A stretch of DNA of 64,000 nt from Bacteroidota bacterium (GTDB lineage Bacteria > Bacteroidota > Ignavibacteria > UBA10030 > JAZGDE01), in contig JAZGDE010000015.1 of NCBI GenBank assembly GCA_036477295.1, positions 1,287 through 65,286 of the forward strand, written 5' to 3'. Made by a program: the position numbers and the translations under genes. The notes under the pieces were generated by a model. That model was not told the DNA's origin. It did not search any database and saw only the letters and a list, made by a program, of their open reading frames with translations. Positions 9,288-18,271 of this stretch are shown here, in pieces (the first letter of the stretch is position 1; each line of letters starts with the position of its first letter).

Positions 9288-10247
9288 ATGGTTAGCAGAA
9301 CAATGACGGACCTCCCCGGATTCCGTGTCGGTCACTGGACGAATCTTACGGCCATCACGGGTTGTACCGTAGTGCTCTGTCCTCCGCAAACAACGGCGGG
9401 GTGCGACGTCCGGGGAAATTCGCCGGGCAGCAGGGAATTGATGTTGCTCGGGTCGGAGAAGTCGATGCAGGAAGTGCACGCGGTTCTTCTTGCCGGCGGC
9501 AGCGCGTACGGGCTCGCAGCGGCGGATGGCATTATGAGGTACCTCGAAGAGAATGACATCGGCTATGAGACACCTTGGGCGAAAGTGCCGATCGTCCCCT
9601 CAGCGGTGATTTTTGACTTGAACGTTGGGGACAAGAAAATTCGACCTGACGCATCTGCCGGATACACAGCGTGCCAGGATGCCAAATCTCCAAACGACGA
9701 GCAGGGAAACGTCGGTGCGGGCACCGGTGCGAGCGTCGGTAAGTGGGCTGGTTCTGAATACAGGATGAAAGGTGGTCTCGGTACGACGAGTATCACGTTT
9801 GAGGAAATCAAGATGGGTGCGTTGGCAGTCGTGAATGCGGTCGGAGATGTTGTTGATGCTGACGGATCGATTCTCGCAGGCGCTCGCTTGCGGACGGGCG
9901 AATTCGTCGCGACGAAGGATAGGCGCAGTCGGTTCCGACAACCCATAGCACCTCTTGGCACAAACACAACGCTCGCCGTTTCGGCAACCAACGTTCGGCT
10001 GAGCAAACTGGATTGCAATCGTGTGGCGCAGCGGATGCACAATGGCTTGGCACGGGCTATCGTTCCGGTGCATACGCTCTACGATGGCGATACGACGATT
10101 TGTCTGGCGTCAGGACCGGTGGCCGCGTCGTTGGATGTGGTCGCGCAAATGGCGGTGGAAGCGACAGCCGAAGCGATCCGGAACGCAGTCCGTTCTGCAA
10201 AAAGCCTTGGAGGCGTCCCAGGACGACTCGACGAGTTTGAATCGTAG
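9288..10247 (+). CDS. P1/S58 (DmpA-type) aminopeptidase family protein
   Basis: 'GFRVGHWTN..TGCTVVLCP', 'VGAGTGASVGK' and 'PLGTNTTLAVSATN'. Confidence 0.8.
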   Translation: MVSRTMTDLPGFRVGHWTNLTAITGCTVVLCPPQTTAGCDVRGNSPGSRELMLLGSEKSMQEVHAVLLAGGSAYGLAAADGIMRYLEENDIGYETPWAKVPIVPSAVIFDLNVGDKKIRPDASAGYTACQDAKSPNDEQGNVGAGTGASVGKWAGSEYRMKGGLGTTSITFEEIKMGALAVVNAVGDVVDADGSILAGARLRTGEFVATKDRRSRFRQPIAPLGTNTTLAVSATNVRLSKLDCNRVAQRMHNGLARAIVPVHTLYDGDTTICLASGPVAASLDVVAQMAVEATAEAIRNAVRSAKSLGGVPGRLDEFES

Positions 10248-10321
10248 CTGGTAAATCGATACGTTCTTGATGACAACACGTACGTTGTTTCGGCTTCTGT
10301 GGGACGGCATACGGGCTCACA

Positions 10322-10948
10322 TTGAAGAAAGGAAGTTCCCGACGTTTGAACCCTCTTTTCAAGTGGCTTCGCCAGCTCAAGTCTTGGGTAGAGAATTTCG
10401 CAAACCGCCCCGGTGCCACATGGGCCTTGTTCTCCATAGCGTTTGCTGAATCCTCTTTTTTCCCGGTTCCTCCTGATGTGTTGCTGATTGCCCTGGCGGT
10501 GCTCGTCCCAGAACGTTCGCTACGATATGCACTGGTTTGCTCCATTGGCTCAATACTCGGAGGCATGTTCGGCTACTTGATTGGATACGGACTTTACGAA
10601 AGCATCGGTCAGCACATTATCGATTTCTATCGTGCGGGTGAATATTGGGAACGAGTTCGGAGCGCCTACCAGGGCGAAATCGGTGTGTGGTTTTTAGCCC
10701 TGGCAGCCTTCACGCCCATTCCCTACAAAGTGGCGACGATCGCCGCCGGAGCAACAGAGATGCCTTTTTCTGCGTTTGTGATCATATCTTCGATTGGTCG
10801 GTCCGCTCGTTTCTTCCTTGTCGGCGGGTTAATTTATCTGTTCGGACCGAAGGTCAAAACGTTCATCGACCGGTACTTTGAGGTTCTTTCTATCGTATTC
10901 TTCGTGCTGTTGATTCTTGGGATCCTCGCCATCAGCCATATTCTCTAA
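10322..10948 (+). CDS. YqaA/DedA-family membrane protein
   Basis: TTG start. 'ESSFFPVPPDVLLIALA' and multiple TM segments. Confidence 0.75.
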   Translation: MKKGSSRRLNPLFKWLRQLKSWVENFANRPGATWALFSIAFAESSFFPVPPDVLLIALAVLVPERSLRYALVCSIGSILGGMFGYLIGYGLYESIGQHIIDFYRAGEYWERVRSAYQGEIGVWFLALAAFTPIPYKVATIAAGATEMPFSAFVIISSIGRSARFFLVGGLIYLFGPKVKTFIDRYFEVLSIVFFVLLILGILAISHIL

Positions 10949-11007
10949 AGCGGAAGGAGAACCTCAAGACTTCAAAAGCCTATCTCCCACGAATTGCGTT
11001 GAGCCCG

Positions 11008-11496
11008 ATGTCTCAGGTTGCATGTCGCATCGTCGAGGTGTGTGTGTTCAAGTTTCGTCAGGATAAGCCTCTCTATCTATTGTTGCATCGTTCGAAAGAT
11101 GAGAAAATCTATCCCAGGATCTGGCAGCTCATCAGTGGATCGATAGAGGATGGGGAAAAAGCATACGAAGCGGCCTTCCGTGAACTCCAGGAGGAGACAG
11201 GTTTAAGACCGCTGCGGTTCTGGGTGGTTCCGTTTGCGAACACGTTCTACGACCCAGAGCACGATGCGGTGAACGTGAGTCCGATGTTTGCGGCACAGGT
11301 TGATGAAATGAGTAATCCCACGCTTTCCCGCGAACACGAGGAATCCGGTTGGTTTCCCGTGGATGAGGCATTGGCCATGCTCGTCTGGCCTGGACAACGA
11401 GGCGGACTGCAGATCGTCCATCAGTACATCACCCAGGGGGAAAAAGCAGCACGCTTGGTAGAACTGAAAGTTCCAACTGACAACGGAAGAAACTGA
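11008..11496 (+). CDS. NUDIX hydrolase
   Basis: Nudix box 'GSIEDGEKAYEAAFRELQEETGL'. ATG 11008 lies within ORF 10999..11496. Confidence 0.85.
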   Translation: MSQVACRIVEVCVFKFRQDKPLYLLLHRSKDEKIYPRIWQLISGSIEDGEKAYEAAFRELQEETGLRPLRFWVVPFANTFYDPEHDAVNVSPMFAAQVDEMSNPTLSREHEESGWFPVDEALAMLVWPGQRGGLQIVHQYITQGEKAARLVELKVPTDNGRN

Positions 11497-11528
11497 GGCG
11501 CTACGGTTTCGAGGTTTCTGGATACACC

Positions 11529-11557
11529 TTGCAATTCAGTCGACGTTTTCTTATCAT
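11529..11557 (+). promoter_or_regulatory. sigma70-type promoter upstream of the pfkB-family kinase
   Basis: TTGCAA 11529-11534, 17-nt spacer, TATCAT 11552-11557. A GAAGGAG SD precedes GTG 11620. Confidence 0.5.
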
Positions 11558-11619
11558 AGCGGTTGCCCAAAAATATTGCCTCGGGGAACGCGAATTCCCT
11601 TTCATGAAGGAGAAATTCC

Positions 11620-12546
11620 GTGAGTCTTCTCGTAGTCGGCTCTGTCGCGCTCGATACTATCGAGACACCCTTCGGTCGTGCGGATGATGCCTTGGGTGGT
11701 TCTGCCACCTACATCGCGGTGGCCGCCAGCTACCTGTATGCCCCCATTCGCGTCGTTGGGGTTGTCGGCGGAGATTTTCCTCGAAAAAGTATGGAGTTCC
11801 TAGAGAGCCGGGCCATAGACCTGGAGGGTCTGCAGTTGGTGGAGTCCGGGAAGACGTTCCGATGGGGTGGGAAATACCACTACGATTTAAACGTCCGCGA
11901 CACGCTGTTTACAGAGTTGAATGTCTTTGAAGCATTCAACCCGGTCGTACCAACGTCCTATCGAAGGAGTCGGTACGTTTGCCTCGGAAATATCGACCCG
12001 GTTCTCCAGCGGCGGGTCATCGAACAGGTGGAAAACCGTGCGCTGGTAGTCGGGGACACGATGAATTTCTGGATCGACCGAAAGAACAACGAGCTCAAGG
12101 AAACTCTGAAGGCCGTCAACGTTATCATCATCAACGACGCGGAGGCCCGATTAATCTCCCATGAACCGAACCTCATTCGGGCAGCGAAAATTATCAGCGA
12201 GTTGGGTCCGCAGGTCGTGATCATCAAAAAAGGTGAGCACGGGGCTCTGCTCGTGACGCAGAAATGTATCTTCGCCGCGCCCGCATATCCGCTGGAGGAT
12301 ATTCACGACCCCACGGGCGCCGGCGACGCGTTTGCTGGTGGATTCATCGGATGGATCGCAAAGACCGATGACCTTTCGGAGGAAAACCTCAAGCGAGCCG
12401 TCATCTATGGAAGTACACTCGCTTCGTTCTGTGTAGAAAAATTCGGCGTTGAAGGGCTTCGGGATTTGTCCTATCTCCAGATCCAGGATCGATATCGAGA
12501 ATTTCGAGAGCTGTCGCGTTTCGATGAAGAACTTTCGATCGTTTGA
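11620..12546 (+). CDS. PfkB-family sugar/nucleoside kinase
   Basis: 'VVGSVALDTIETPFG' at the N-terminus and 'DPTGAGDAFAGGF' at the C-terminus (ribokinase-family signature). Confidence 0.85.
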   Translation: MSLLVVGSVALDTIETPFGRADDALGGSATYIAVAASYLYAPIRVVGVVGGDFPRKSMEFLESRAIDLEGLQLVESGKTFRWGGKYHYDLNVRDTLFTELNVFEAFNPVVPTSYRRSRYVCLGNIDPVLQRRVIEQVENRALVVGDTMNFWIDRKNNELKETLKAVNVIIINDAEARLISHEPNLIRAAKIISELGPQVVIIKKGEHGALLVTQKCIFAAPAYPLEDIHDPTGAGDAFAGGFIGWIAKTDDLSEENLKRAVIYGSTLASFCVEKFGVEGLRDLSYLQIQDRYREFRELSRFDEELSIV

Positions 12547-12548
12547 GC

Positions 12549-13622
12549 ATGCGTGCGATAGAGTGGCTTCCCGGTGCGCCGGGTGAACCGTGGGGCAGAG
12601 TCCGCTTCATTGACCAGTCTAAACTTCCACTCGAGGAGGTTTTCATCGAGACGGAGGAGCTCGGGGTTATCGCCGATGCAATCCGGCAGCTCAGAATCCG
12701 TGGTGCGCCCGTGATCGGCATCGCTGCTGCCATCGGTCTTGTCCTGGCTGTGCGAAGGACACGCACAAACGACGAGTTGCGCACTGCATTTGACCGCGCT
12801 TCCAGCCTGCTTGCCGCAACACGACCCACGGCTGTAAACCTCTTCTGGTCACTCCGACGCATGCGCAATACCCTGGAGAACAGTTCCTCAAGTCCTCTCG
12901 AGTCGATCAAGCGGTTCCTCTCGGAGGAAGCTGAATCCATGATGAAGGAGGACGAAGATATTTGTCGGCGGATCGGGCAGCTTGGTGCTTCACTCGTGGC
13001 GGAGCGCGCAAGCATCCTGACGCACTGCAACACAGGAGCGCTAGCGACAGGCGGTGAGGGAACTGCACAGGCCGTCATCACGTGTGCAGCGAGTCAGGGA
13101 AAGCACGTGGTGGTATACGTGGACGAGACTCGTCCGTTACTTCAGGGAGCTCGGCTTGCAACCTGGGAGCTGATGAAAGCCGACATCGATGTCACGTTGA
13201 TTACGGATAACACGGCTGCGTTTCTGATGAAACGGAAAAAAATTGACCTGATTGTCGTTGGTGCGGACCGGATCGCCGCGAATGGAGACGTTGCGAACAA
13301 AATCGGCACCTACAATCTCGCCATTCTTGCAGAGAAGCACCGCATTCCGATGTACGTCGCAGCGCCCACCTCGTCGATCGACTTTGATCTCGCTTCGGGA
13401 GATTCCATTCCGATCGAGGAGCGGGATCCGAAAGAGGTGACGGAAGGATTTGGCAGAAGGATCGCACCGCACGGTGTCCGCGTGTATTCACCTGCCTTCG
13501 ATGTGACCCCTCACCAATTGATTACCGCCGTCATCACCGAGGCGGGGATTCTCCGCCCTCCGTATGTTCAATCGATTGCGGAGCTGAAAGAACAGCGAGA
13601 AGTCCCGAGTTCGACGAAGTGA
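12549..13622 (+). CDS. mtnA: S-methyl-5-thioribose-1-phosphate isomerase
   Basis: 'FIDQSKLPLEEVFIE', 'IRGAPVIGIAAA', 'LTHCNTGALAT' and 'VVGADRIAANGDVANKIGTY'. Confidence 0.88.
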   Translation: MRAIEWLPGAPGEPWGRVRFIDQSKLPLEEVFIETEELGVIADAIRQLRIRGAPVIGIAAAIGLVLAVRRTRTNDELRTAFDRASSLLAATRPTAVNLFWSLRRMRNTLENSSSSPLESIKRFLSEEAESMMKEDEDICRRIGQLGASLVAERASILTHCNTGALATGGEGTAQAVITCAASQGKHVVVYVDETRPLLQGARLATWELMKADIDVTLITDNTAAFLMKRKKIDLIVVGADRIAANGDVANKIGTYNLAILAEKHRIPMYVAAPTSSIDFDLASGDSIPIEERDPKEVTEGFGRRIAPHGVRVYSPAFDVTPHQLITAVITEAGILRPPYVQSIAELKEQREVPSSTK

Positions 13623-13635
13623 CTGAGCGAACGAC

Positions 13636-14406
13636 ATGATCGTCAAGTCTGACGCTGTGGTGTTGAAGTCCATGAAATACGGGGAGACGAGCAAGATCGT
13701 GACGCTCTATACCCGCCGGTATGGCAAGCTGCGGGTGGTTGCGAAAGGAGCCCGGCAGCCGAAGAGCAAGTTTGGTGGGTCGTTAGAGCCGATGACGCAT
13801 ATTACGGCGATTTTCTACAGAAGAGAGAACCGTGAGCTCCACACGCTCTCGCAGGCGGAGATTCGAAGCGGTTATTTTCGTATCCATTCGAACCTGGAGA
13901 AACTCTCCATCGGGTTGGCGATCGTGGACCTCGTGTATGCCTGCTTCCACGGCGAAGAGGAAAATGAATCCACGTTTCGTCTCTTGACTCAGACGCTACA
14001 GTTGCTCGATGTTGCGAACGAAAATACTCGGAATGTCCTGTTTGCGTTTGAGGGGAGGCTGGTCTCGCTGCTTGGGTTTCAACCTAATTTCAAATCCTGT
14101 GCAGTCTGCAGGGGTCAGTTGTCTTTGGATGGGGCGAAGAGGGAGGTTATTTTTGACCTTGCGAGGGGTGGATTGCTCTGTGCGCGCTGCGAGAAAGATG
14201 GTACGAGGAAGGTGAAGATGAGTAGGACAGCTTGCCGAGCGTTGGAGGTTTTCCTGAACGGCCCGCTCGATGCGGTCACGCAGCTGACTCTGGCCCGTAC
14301 CCTCGAGAAGGAAGTGAACGAGCTCCTGTCCAGTTTCTTCAGGTATCACGTCGGAGGTGTCAAGTTATTCAGATCAGAGGAAATGTTGTCCCGGATCCTG
14401 CAATGA
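13636..14406 (+). CDS. recO: DNA repair protein RecO
   Basis: 'SDAVVLKSMKYGETSKIVTLYTRRYGKLRVVAKGAR' and a C-terminal zinc motif 'CAVCRG...CARC'. Confidence 0.88.
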   Translation: MIVKSDAVVLKSMKYGETSKIVTLYTRRYGKLRVVAKGARQPKSKFGGSLEPMTHITAIFYRRENRELHTLSQAEIRSGYFRIHSNLEKLSIGLAIVDLVYACFHGEEENESTFRLLTQTLQLLDVANENTRNVLFAFEGRLVSLLGFQPNFKSCAVCRGQLSLDGAKREVIFDLARGGLLCARCEKDGTRKVKMSRTACRALEVFLNGPLDAVTQLTLARTLEKEVNELLSSFFRYHVGGVKLFRSEEMLSRILQ

Positions 14407-14421
14407 AACTTTATGCGGACC

Positions 14422-14449
14422 TTGAAAATGACCGAAAAAATCGTATCTT
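14422..14449 (+). promoter_or_regulatory. sigma70-type promoter upstream of the HtrA-family protease
   Basis: TTGAAA 14422-14427, 16-nt spacer, TATCTT 14444-14449. Confidence 0.45.
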
Positions 14450-14589
14450 ATGAATTTTGGATAACGATTAATCGAATTGCCGGGAGCTCGCTCTGGGATC
14501 CGAAACAAATCCCGGTGTCCGAAGTATCATTGATATGAACGATTAGGGATATTTTCGTGTTTGAGGATCAAACGGGAGGCACGAGGTCT

Positions 14590-16134
14590 ATGACATCTAA
14601 AAAGTCAGTTCTGGCGGCTATTTTTCTCATCAGTCTTGGGATCATTTTCGGCGGTGTCTTAGTTTCAAACTTGCAGCATGGAGTGGAGTTCGGTCTTGCG
14701 GGCGACCGCCCAGCGCAGGTCACACTCGGAGCTTCGCGGGCACCCGTCCAGGCAGATCCGGACCTCCAGATTGCCAGCAAGGCATTCGTCGAAGTCGCCA
14801 AAGCAGTGACGCCTACTGTCGTCAGCATTATAGTCCGAACAGCAGGGAGAGCTTCGTCGGAAGATTTCGAGGGTTTCCCATTCTTCTTTGGCCCCGATTT
14901 TCCGAAATTTGAGCATCCACCTCGGCAGGGGACAGGTTCCGGCGTCATCGTGACACAGGATGGTTATGTCATAACGAACAACCACGTTGTTAAGGATGCT
15001 GACGAAGGCGGAATCGAAGTGACGCTCTCGGATAAACGTCGGTTTCAGGCAAGTCTTGTCGGCACAGACCCGACGACTGATCTCGCGGTGGTCAAAATCG
15101 ACATCGATGGTCTGCCCGTTGCGGCACTAGGGAATTCAGATGAACTCGAGGTCGGTCAGTGGGTCCTCGCGATCGGTAACCCGCTCGGACTCAATTCGAC
15201 CGTCACGGCTGGGATCGTCAGCGCGCTTGGCCGAGGGCAGCTGAGAATTGTTGAACGCTCCAACTACGGGATTGAGAATTTCATTCAGACGGACGCTGCG
15301 ATCAACCCTGGAAACAGCGGTGGAGCTCTGGTCAACTTGCGAGGCGAGGTGGTCGGGATCAACACGGCGATCGCGACGACGAACGCTCGATTCCAGGGGT
15401 ATGGGTTTGCGATTCCGGTGAATCTCGCCAAGGTCGTCGTGCACGATCTTATTCTCTACGGGAAGGTAAGTCGTGGCTACATCGGAGTTCACATTAGCAC
15501 GATCGATGCCACGATGGCCGATGCGCTGGGGCTTCGGAGGGCGCAGGGTGTGCTCGTGAATAACGTAGTAAGCGGCAGTGCTGCCGATGATGCTGGGATA
15601 GAAGCGGGGGACGTGATATTAATGGTGGACGGAAGGGAAGTGAATGCTGCAAACGAACTGCAGACACTGATCGCAACCCACCACCCCGGCGATGTGGTCA
15701 CGCTGACGGTTTATCGAGATGGGAAGTCGTTCGACAAGAACCTGACATTGGGAGCTCGCGAGGAGCCAGCGATAACCAGGCGTGCATCGGACCGGACGAA
15801 AGAGAAGGCTGGGCCTGATCGGAAGGCGCCGGATTCGATCTCGTTCGAGAAGATCGGATTAACCTGCCGAAATTTGACGTCCGAGGAAAAAAAGCGATAC
15901 AAGGCTGAAGCTGGAGTTCTTGTATCCGACGTGAAGCGGTACAGCGAAGCGCATAATCGACAGCTTTTCAAGGATGACATCATTCTGAAGGCGGACAGAA
16001 AGGAAATTCGATCGGTAGGTGAGTTGCAGGAGATCTTCAACGAACATAAACCGGGAGATTCAGTCCTGCTTCGTGTGAAGACCGAGGAGACAGTGCGGTT
16101 TGTGGCTCTCCAGATGCCTCGCACAAAGAAGTGA
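14590..16134 (+). CDS. Do/HtrA-family periplasmic serine protease with two PDZ domains
   Basis: Catalytic triad context 'TNNHVV', 'DLAVVKI' and 'NPGNSGGALVN'. ATG 14590 follows GGGAGG. An N-terminal TM anchor is present. Confidence 0.9.
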   Translation: MTSKKSVLAAIFLISLGIIFGGVLVSNLQHGVEFGLAGDRPAQVTLGASRAPVQADPDLQIASKAFVEVAKAVTPTVVSIIVRTAGRASSEDFEGFPFFFGPDFPKFEHPPRQGTGSGVIVTQDGYVITNNHVVKDADEGGIEVTLSDKRRFQASLVGTDPTTDLAVVKIDIDGLPVAALGNSDELEVGQWVLAIGNPLGLNSTVTAGIVSALGRGQLRIVERSNYGIENFIQTDAAINPGNSGGALVNLRGEVVGINTAIATTNARFQGYGFAIPVNLAKVVVHDLILYGKVSRGYIGVHISTIDATMADALGLRRAQGVLVNNVVSGSAADDAGIEAGDVILMVDGREVNAANELQTLIATHHPGDVVTLTVYRDGKSFDKNLTLGAREEPAITRRASDRTKEKAGPDRKAPDSISFEKIGLTCRNLTSEEKKRYKAEAGVLVSDVKRYSEAHNRQLFKDDIILKADRKEIRSVGELQEIFNEHKPGDSVLLRVKTEETVRFVALQMPRTKK

Positions 16135-16276
16135 AAGCAAGACCAATCCCTGAATGCTCTCCCCCCTCATCGATGTTCAAGCTTGGATGAGAAAACTCGA
16201 CGGCCTGACTCAATGGGGGATTTTTGTATGCCCTGAGGCTACAATCCATAGATCGTAATCTGACGGAGAGACTAAA

Positions 16277-17461
16277 TTGATTCGCTACTTCACGGCTGGC
16301 GAATCACACGGCCAGGCTTTAGTTGGAATCGTCGAAGGCATCCCCGCGGGTCTATCGCTATCTGCCGCTTACATCAATCATCAGCTCTGGCGGCGGCAGC
16401 AAGGCTATGGCCGGGGTGGTAGAATGCGTATTGAAAAAGATGCAGTCGACATTCTCTCGGGCGTTCGCTTCGGAAAGACTCTCGGATCTCCAGTTGCTTT
16501 AGTGGTGAGAAATCGGGACTGGGAACACTGGAAGCAAAAAATGGCTGTCGAAGGCACCGGTCGCGGGGTCAAGAAAATCACCGTCCCACGCCCAGGTCAC
16601 GCCGACTACGTTGGCTTAATAAAGTATGGTTACGACGATATCAGAAACACGATCGAACGTGCGAGTGCCAGGGAGACCGCAATGCGGGTTGCCTGCTGTA
16701 CAGTTGTGCGCAAACTCCTCGAAGAACTTGGCATCTATATCGGGAGCCATGTCCTCAGCATTGGTCGTGCCGTTTATTCTGAGCGGACAGCGTTAGAGAA
16801 GCAGCTCAAGCGGCTGGCGAAGGCGCGCTGTGGCGCATATAAGATAGCAGAAGAGGCGGACAAATCCGAAGTGCGGATACTGGACAGAGAGGTTGCTGCC
16901 CAAGCCGTCGAAGCGATCAAGGGAGCCAAAGAGAACGGTGACACACTTGGGGGGATCTTTGAGATGATCGTGACGGGCTTACCGGTGGGACTGGGGAGCT
17001 ATGTGCACTTCGACCGAAAGCTCGACGGTCAGCTTTGCCAAGCACTGGGATCGATTCACGCAGTAAAGGGGGTCGAAGTTGGAGACGGCTTTGCGAATGC
17101 GCTCAAGCTCGGTTCTGAGGTTCAAGATGAAATATTTGTCGACAAGAGTGGGACAATTTATCGTAAGACAAATCGTGCAGGGGGCCTTGAGGGTGGTGTC
17201 ACTAACGGGGAGTGGCTGGTGCTCCGAGGAGCCATGAAGCCATTGTCGACTCTGATGAAACCCCTGCGGACAGTAGATTTAAAGACGAGAAACCCGGTCA
17301 AAGCACGTCGAGAGCGTTCCGATTACTGCGCAGTGCCCGCATGTTCTGTGATCGCCGAGGCTGTCATCGCACCAGTCATCGCGAACTCCTTCCTTGAGAA
17401 GTATGGGGGAGACTCCGTGCAGGAAATCAAGCATCGGTACAAGAGGGGAGTAAGAACATAA
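16277..17461 (+). CDS. aroC: chorismate synthase
   Basis: TTG start. 'FTAGESHGQALVGIVEGIPAG' and 'GRMRIEKD'. Confidence 0.92.
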   Translation: MIRYFTAGESHGQALVGIVEGIPAGLSLSAAYINHQLWRRQQGYGRGGRMRIEKDAVDILSGVRFGKTLGSPVALVVRNRDWEHWKQKMAVEGTGRGVKKITVPRPGHADYVGLIKYGYDDIRNTIERASARETAMRVACCTVVRKLLEELGIYIGSHVLSIGRAVYSERTALEKQLKRLAKARCGAYKIAEEADKSEVRILDREVAAQAVEAIKGAKENGDTLGGIFEMIVTGLPVGLGSYVHFDRKLDGQLCQALGSIHAVKGVEVGDGFANALKLGSEVQDEIFVDKSGTIYRKTNRAGGLEGGVTNGEWLVLRGAMKPLSTLMKPLRTVDLKTRNPVKARRERSDYCAVPACSVIAEAVIAPVIANSFLEKYGGDSVQEIKHRYKRGVRT

Positions 17462-17530
17462 ATGATGCCAAACCGGCTCAGATCGCAGGATTCGAAGAAG
17501 TTTGCACGGAGTCTGGCTCGATCTCTCTCC

Positions 17531-17559
17531 TTGACAAATGGTCGATTTTATGGTATATT
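17531..17559 (+). promoter_or_regulatory. near-consensus sigma70-type promoter
   Basis: TTGACA 17531-17536, 17-nt spacer, TATATT 17554-17559. Confidence 0.6.
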
Positions 17560-17565
17560 TTTGCA

Positions 17566-17741
17566 TTGTAGTTCAAGGAACTTGTTAGCGATGATCATCC
17601 AGCCGAATGCCCGTAAGGAGGTGTGGAGACTTCAGCTCGAAGTTCAAACAGTTCAGTGGTCGTCAAGCCGACCGGTTCGACGGGACCTTTGCAAGGAGGT
17701 TTGAGGGTCCTGGCGTGCAGTCATACGGCTCGAACGGGAAG
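17566..17741 (+). other. ~175-nt non-coding leader or candidate structured RNA 5' of the HNH gene
   Basis: No convincing ORF is present. AGCCGAATG 17601-17609 can pair with CATACGGCT 17722-17730 (one mismatch). A stem at 17681-17687/17706-17712 presents AAGGAGG in its loop. AGTTCA occurs at 17570, 17641 and 17650. Confidence 0.4.
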
Positions 17742-18245
17742 ATGAACAGCAAAGTGCTCGTTCTTAACCAGAACTACGAGCCACTGAGCGTCTGCCACGT
17801 CAAGAAGGCAGTTATCCTTTTGTACCTTGGCAAAGCCGAGTTGATAGAAGCGTGGGACGGAAAGGCCTTGCGTTCCGTCTCGATGTCCCTGCCCTTTCCC
17901 AGTATCGTACGCCTCTCTGTCTACATTCGTATTCCTTACAAAAAGATCATCCTTTCTCGGAAGAACATTCTCCGTCGTGACGGGCATCGCTGTCAATACT
18001 GCGGTCGGAACGATGTGCCGCTCACGGTCGATCATATCGTCGCGAAAGCTCGAGGTGGGGAGGATGCATGGGAGAACCTTGTGTGTGCCTGTATCGAGTG
18101 CAATAACAAGAAAGGCAATCGTACCCCGCAAGAATCACGGATGCCGCTTCTCCGAAAGCCGCTGAGGCCGACCCACGTAACATTTCTCCGGCACTTTGTC
18201 GGTCACATGGATGAACGGTGGAAGCCGTACTTGTTTATGAACTGA
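17742..18245 (+). CDS. compact HNH endonuclease with PLMP-like N-terminal domain (IshB-like architecture)
   Basis: 'KVLVLNQNYEPLSVCHVKKAVILLYLGKAELIE' is followed by 'CQYCG..LTVDHIVAKARGG..WENLVCACIECNNKKGNRTP'. ATG 17742 lies inside ORF 17607..18245; in-frame GTG 17715 is an alternative start. Confidence 0.8.
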   Translation: MNSKVLVLNQNYEPLSVCHVKKAVILLYLGKAELIEAWDGKALRSVSMSLPFPSIVRLSVYIRIPYKKIILSRKNILRRDGHRCQYCGRNDVPLTVDHIVAKARGGEDAWENLVCACIECNNKKGNRTPQESRMPLLRKPLRPTHVTFLRHFVGHMDERWKPYLFMN

Positions 18246-18271
18246 GCTCATGAAAGGATCTGTGGGCGTCT

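Noticed and set aside
17693-17745. A 14-codon upstream ORF (TTG 17701 to TGA 17743-17745) whose stop overlaps the HNH ATG, preceded by AAGGAGG. It was considered as a leader peptide.
   Set aside because: The SD-like motif ends only 1 nt before the TTG, which is too close for initiation. The peptide has no notable features. It is retained only as part of the leader description.
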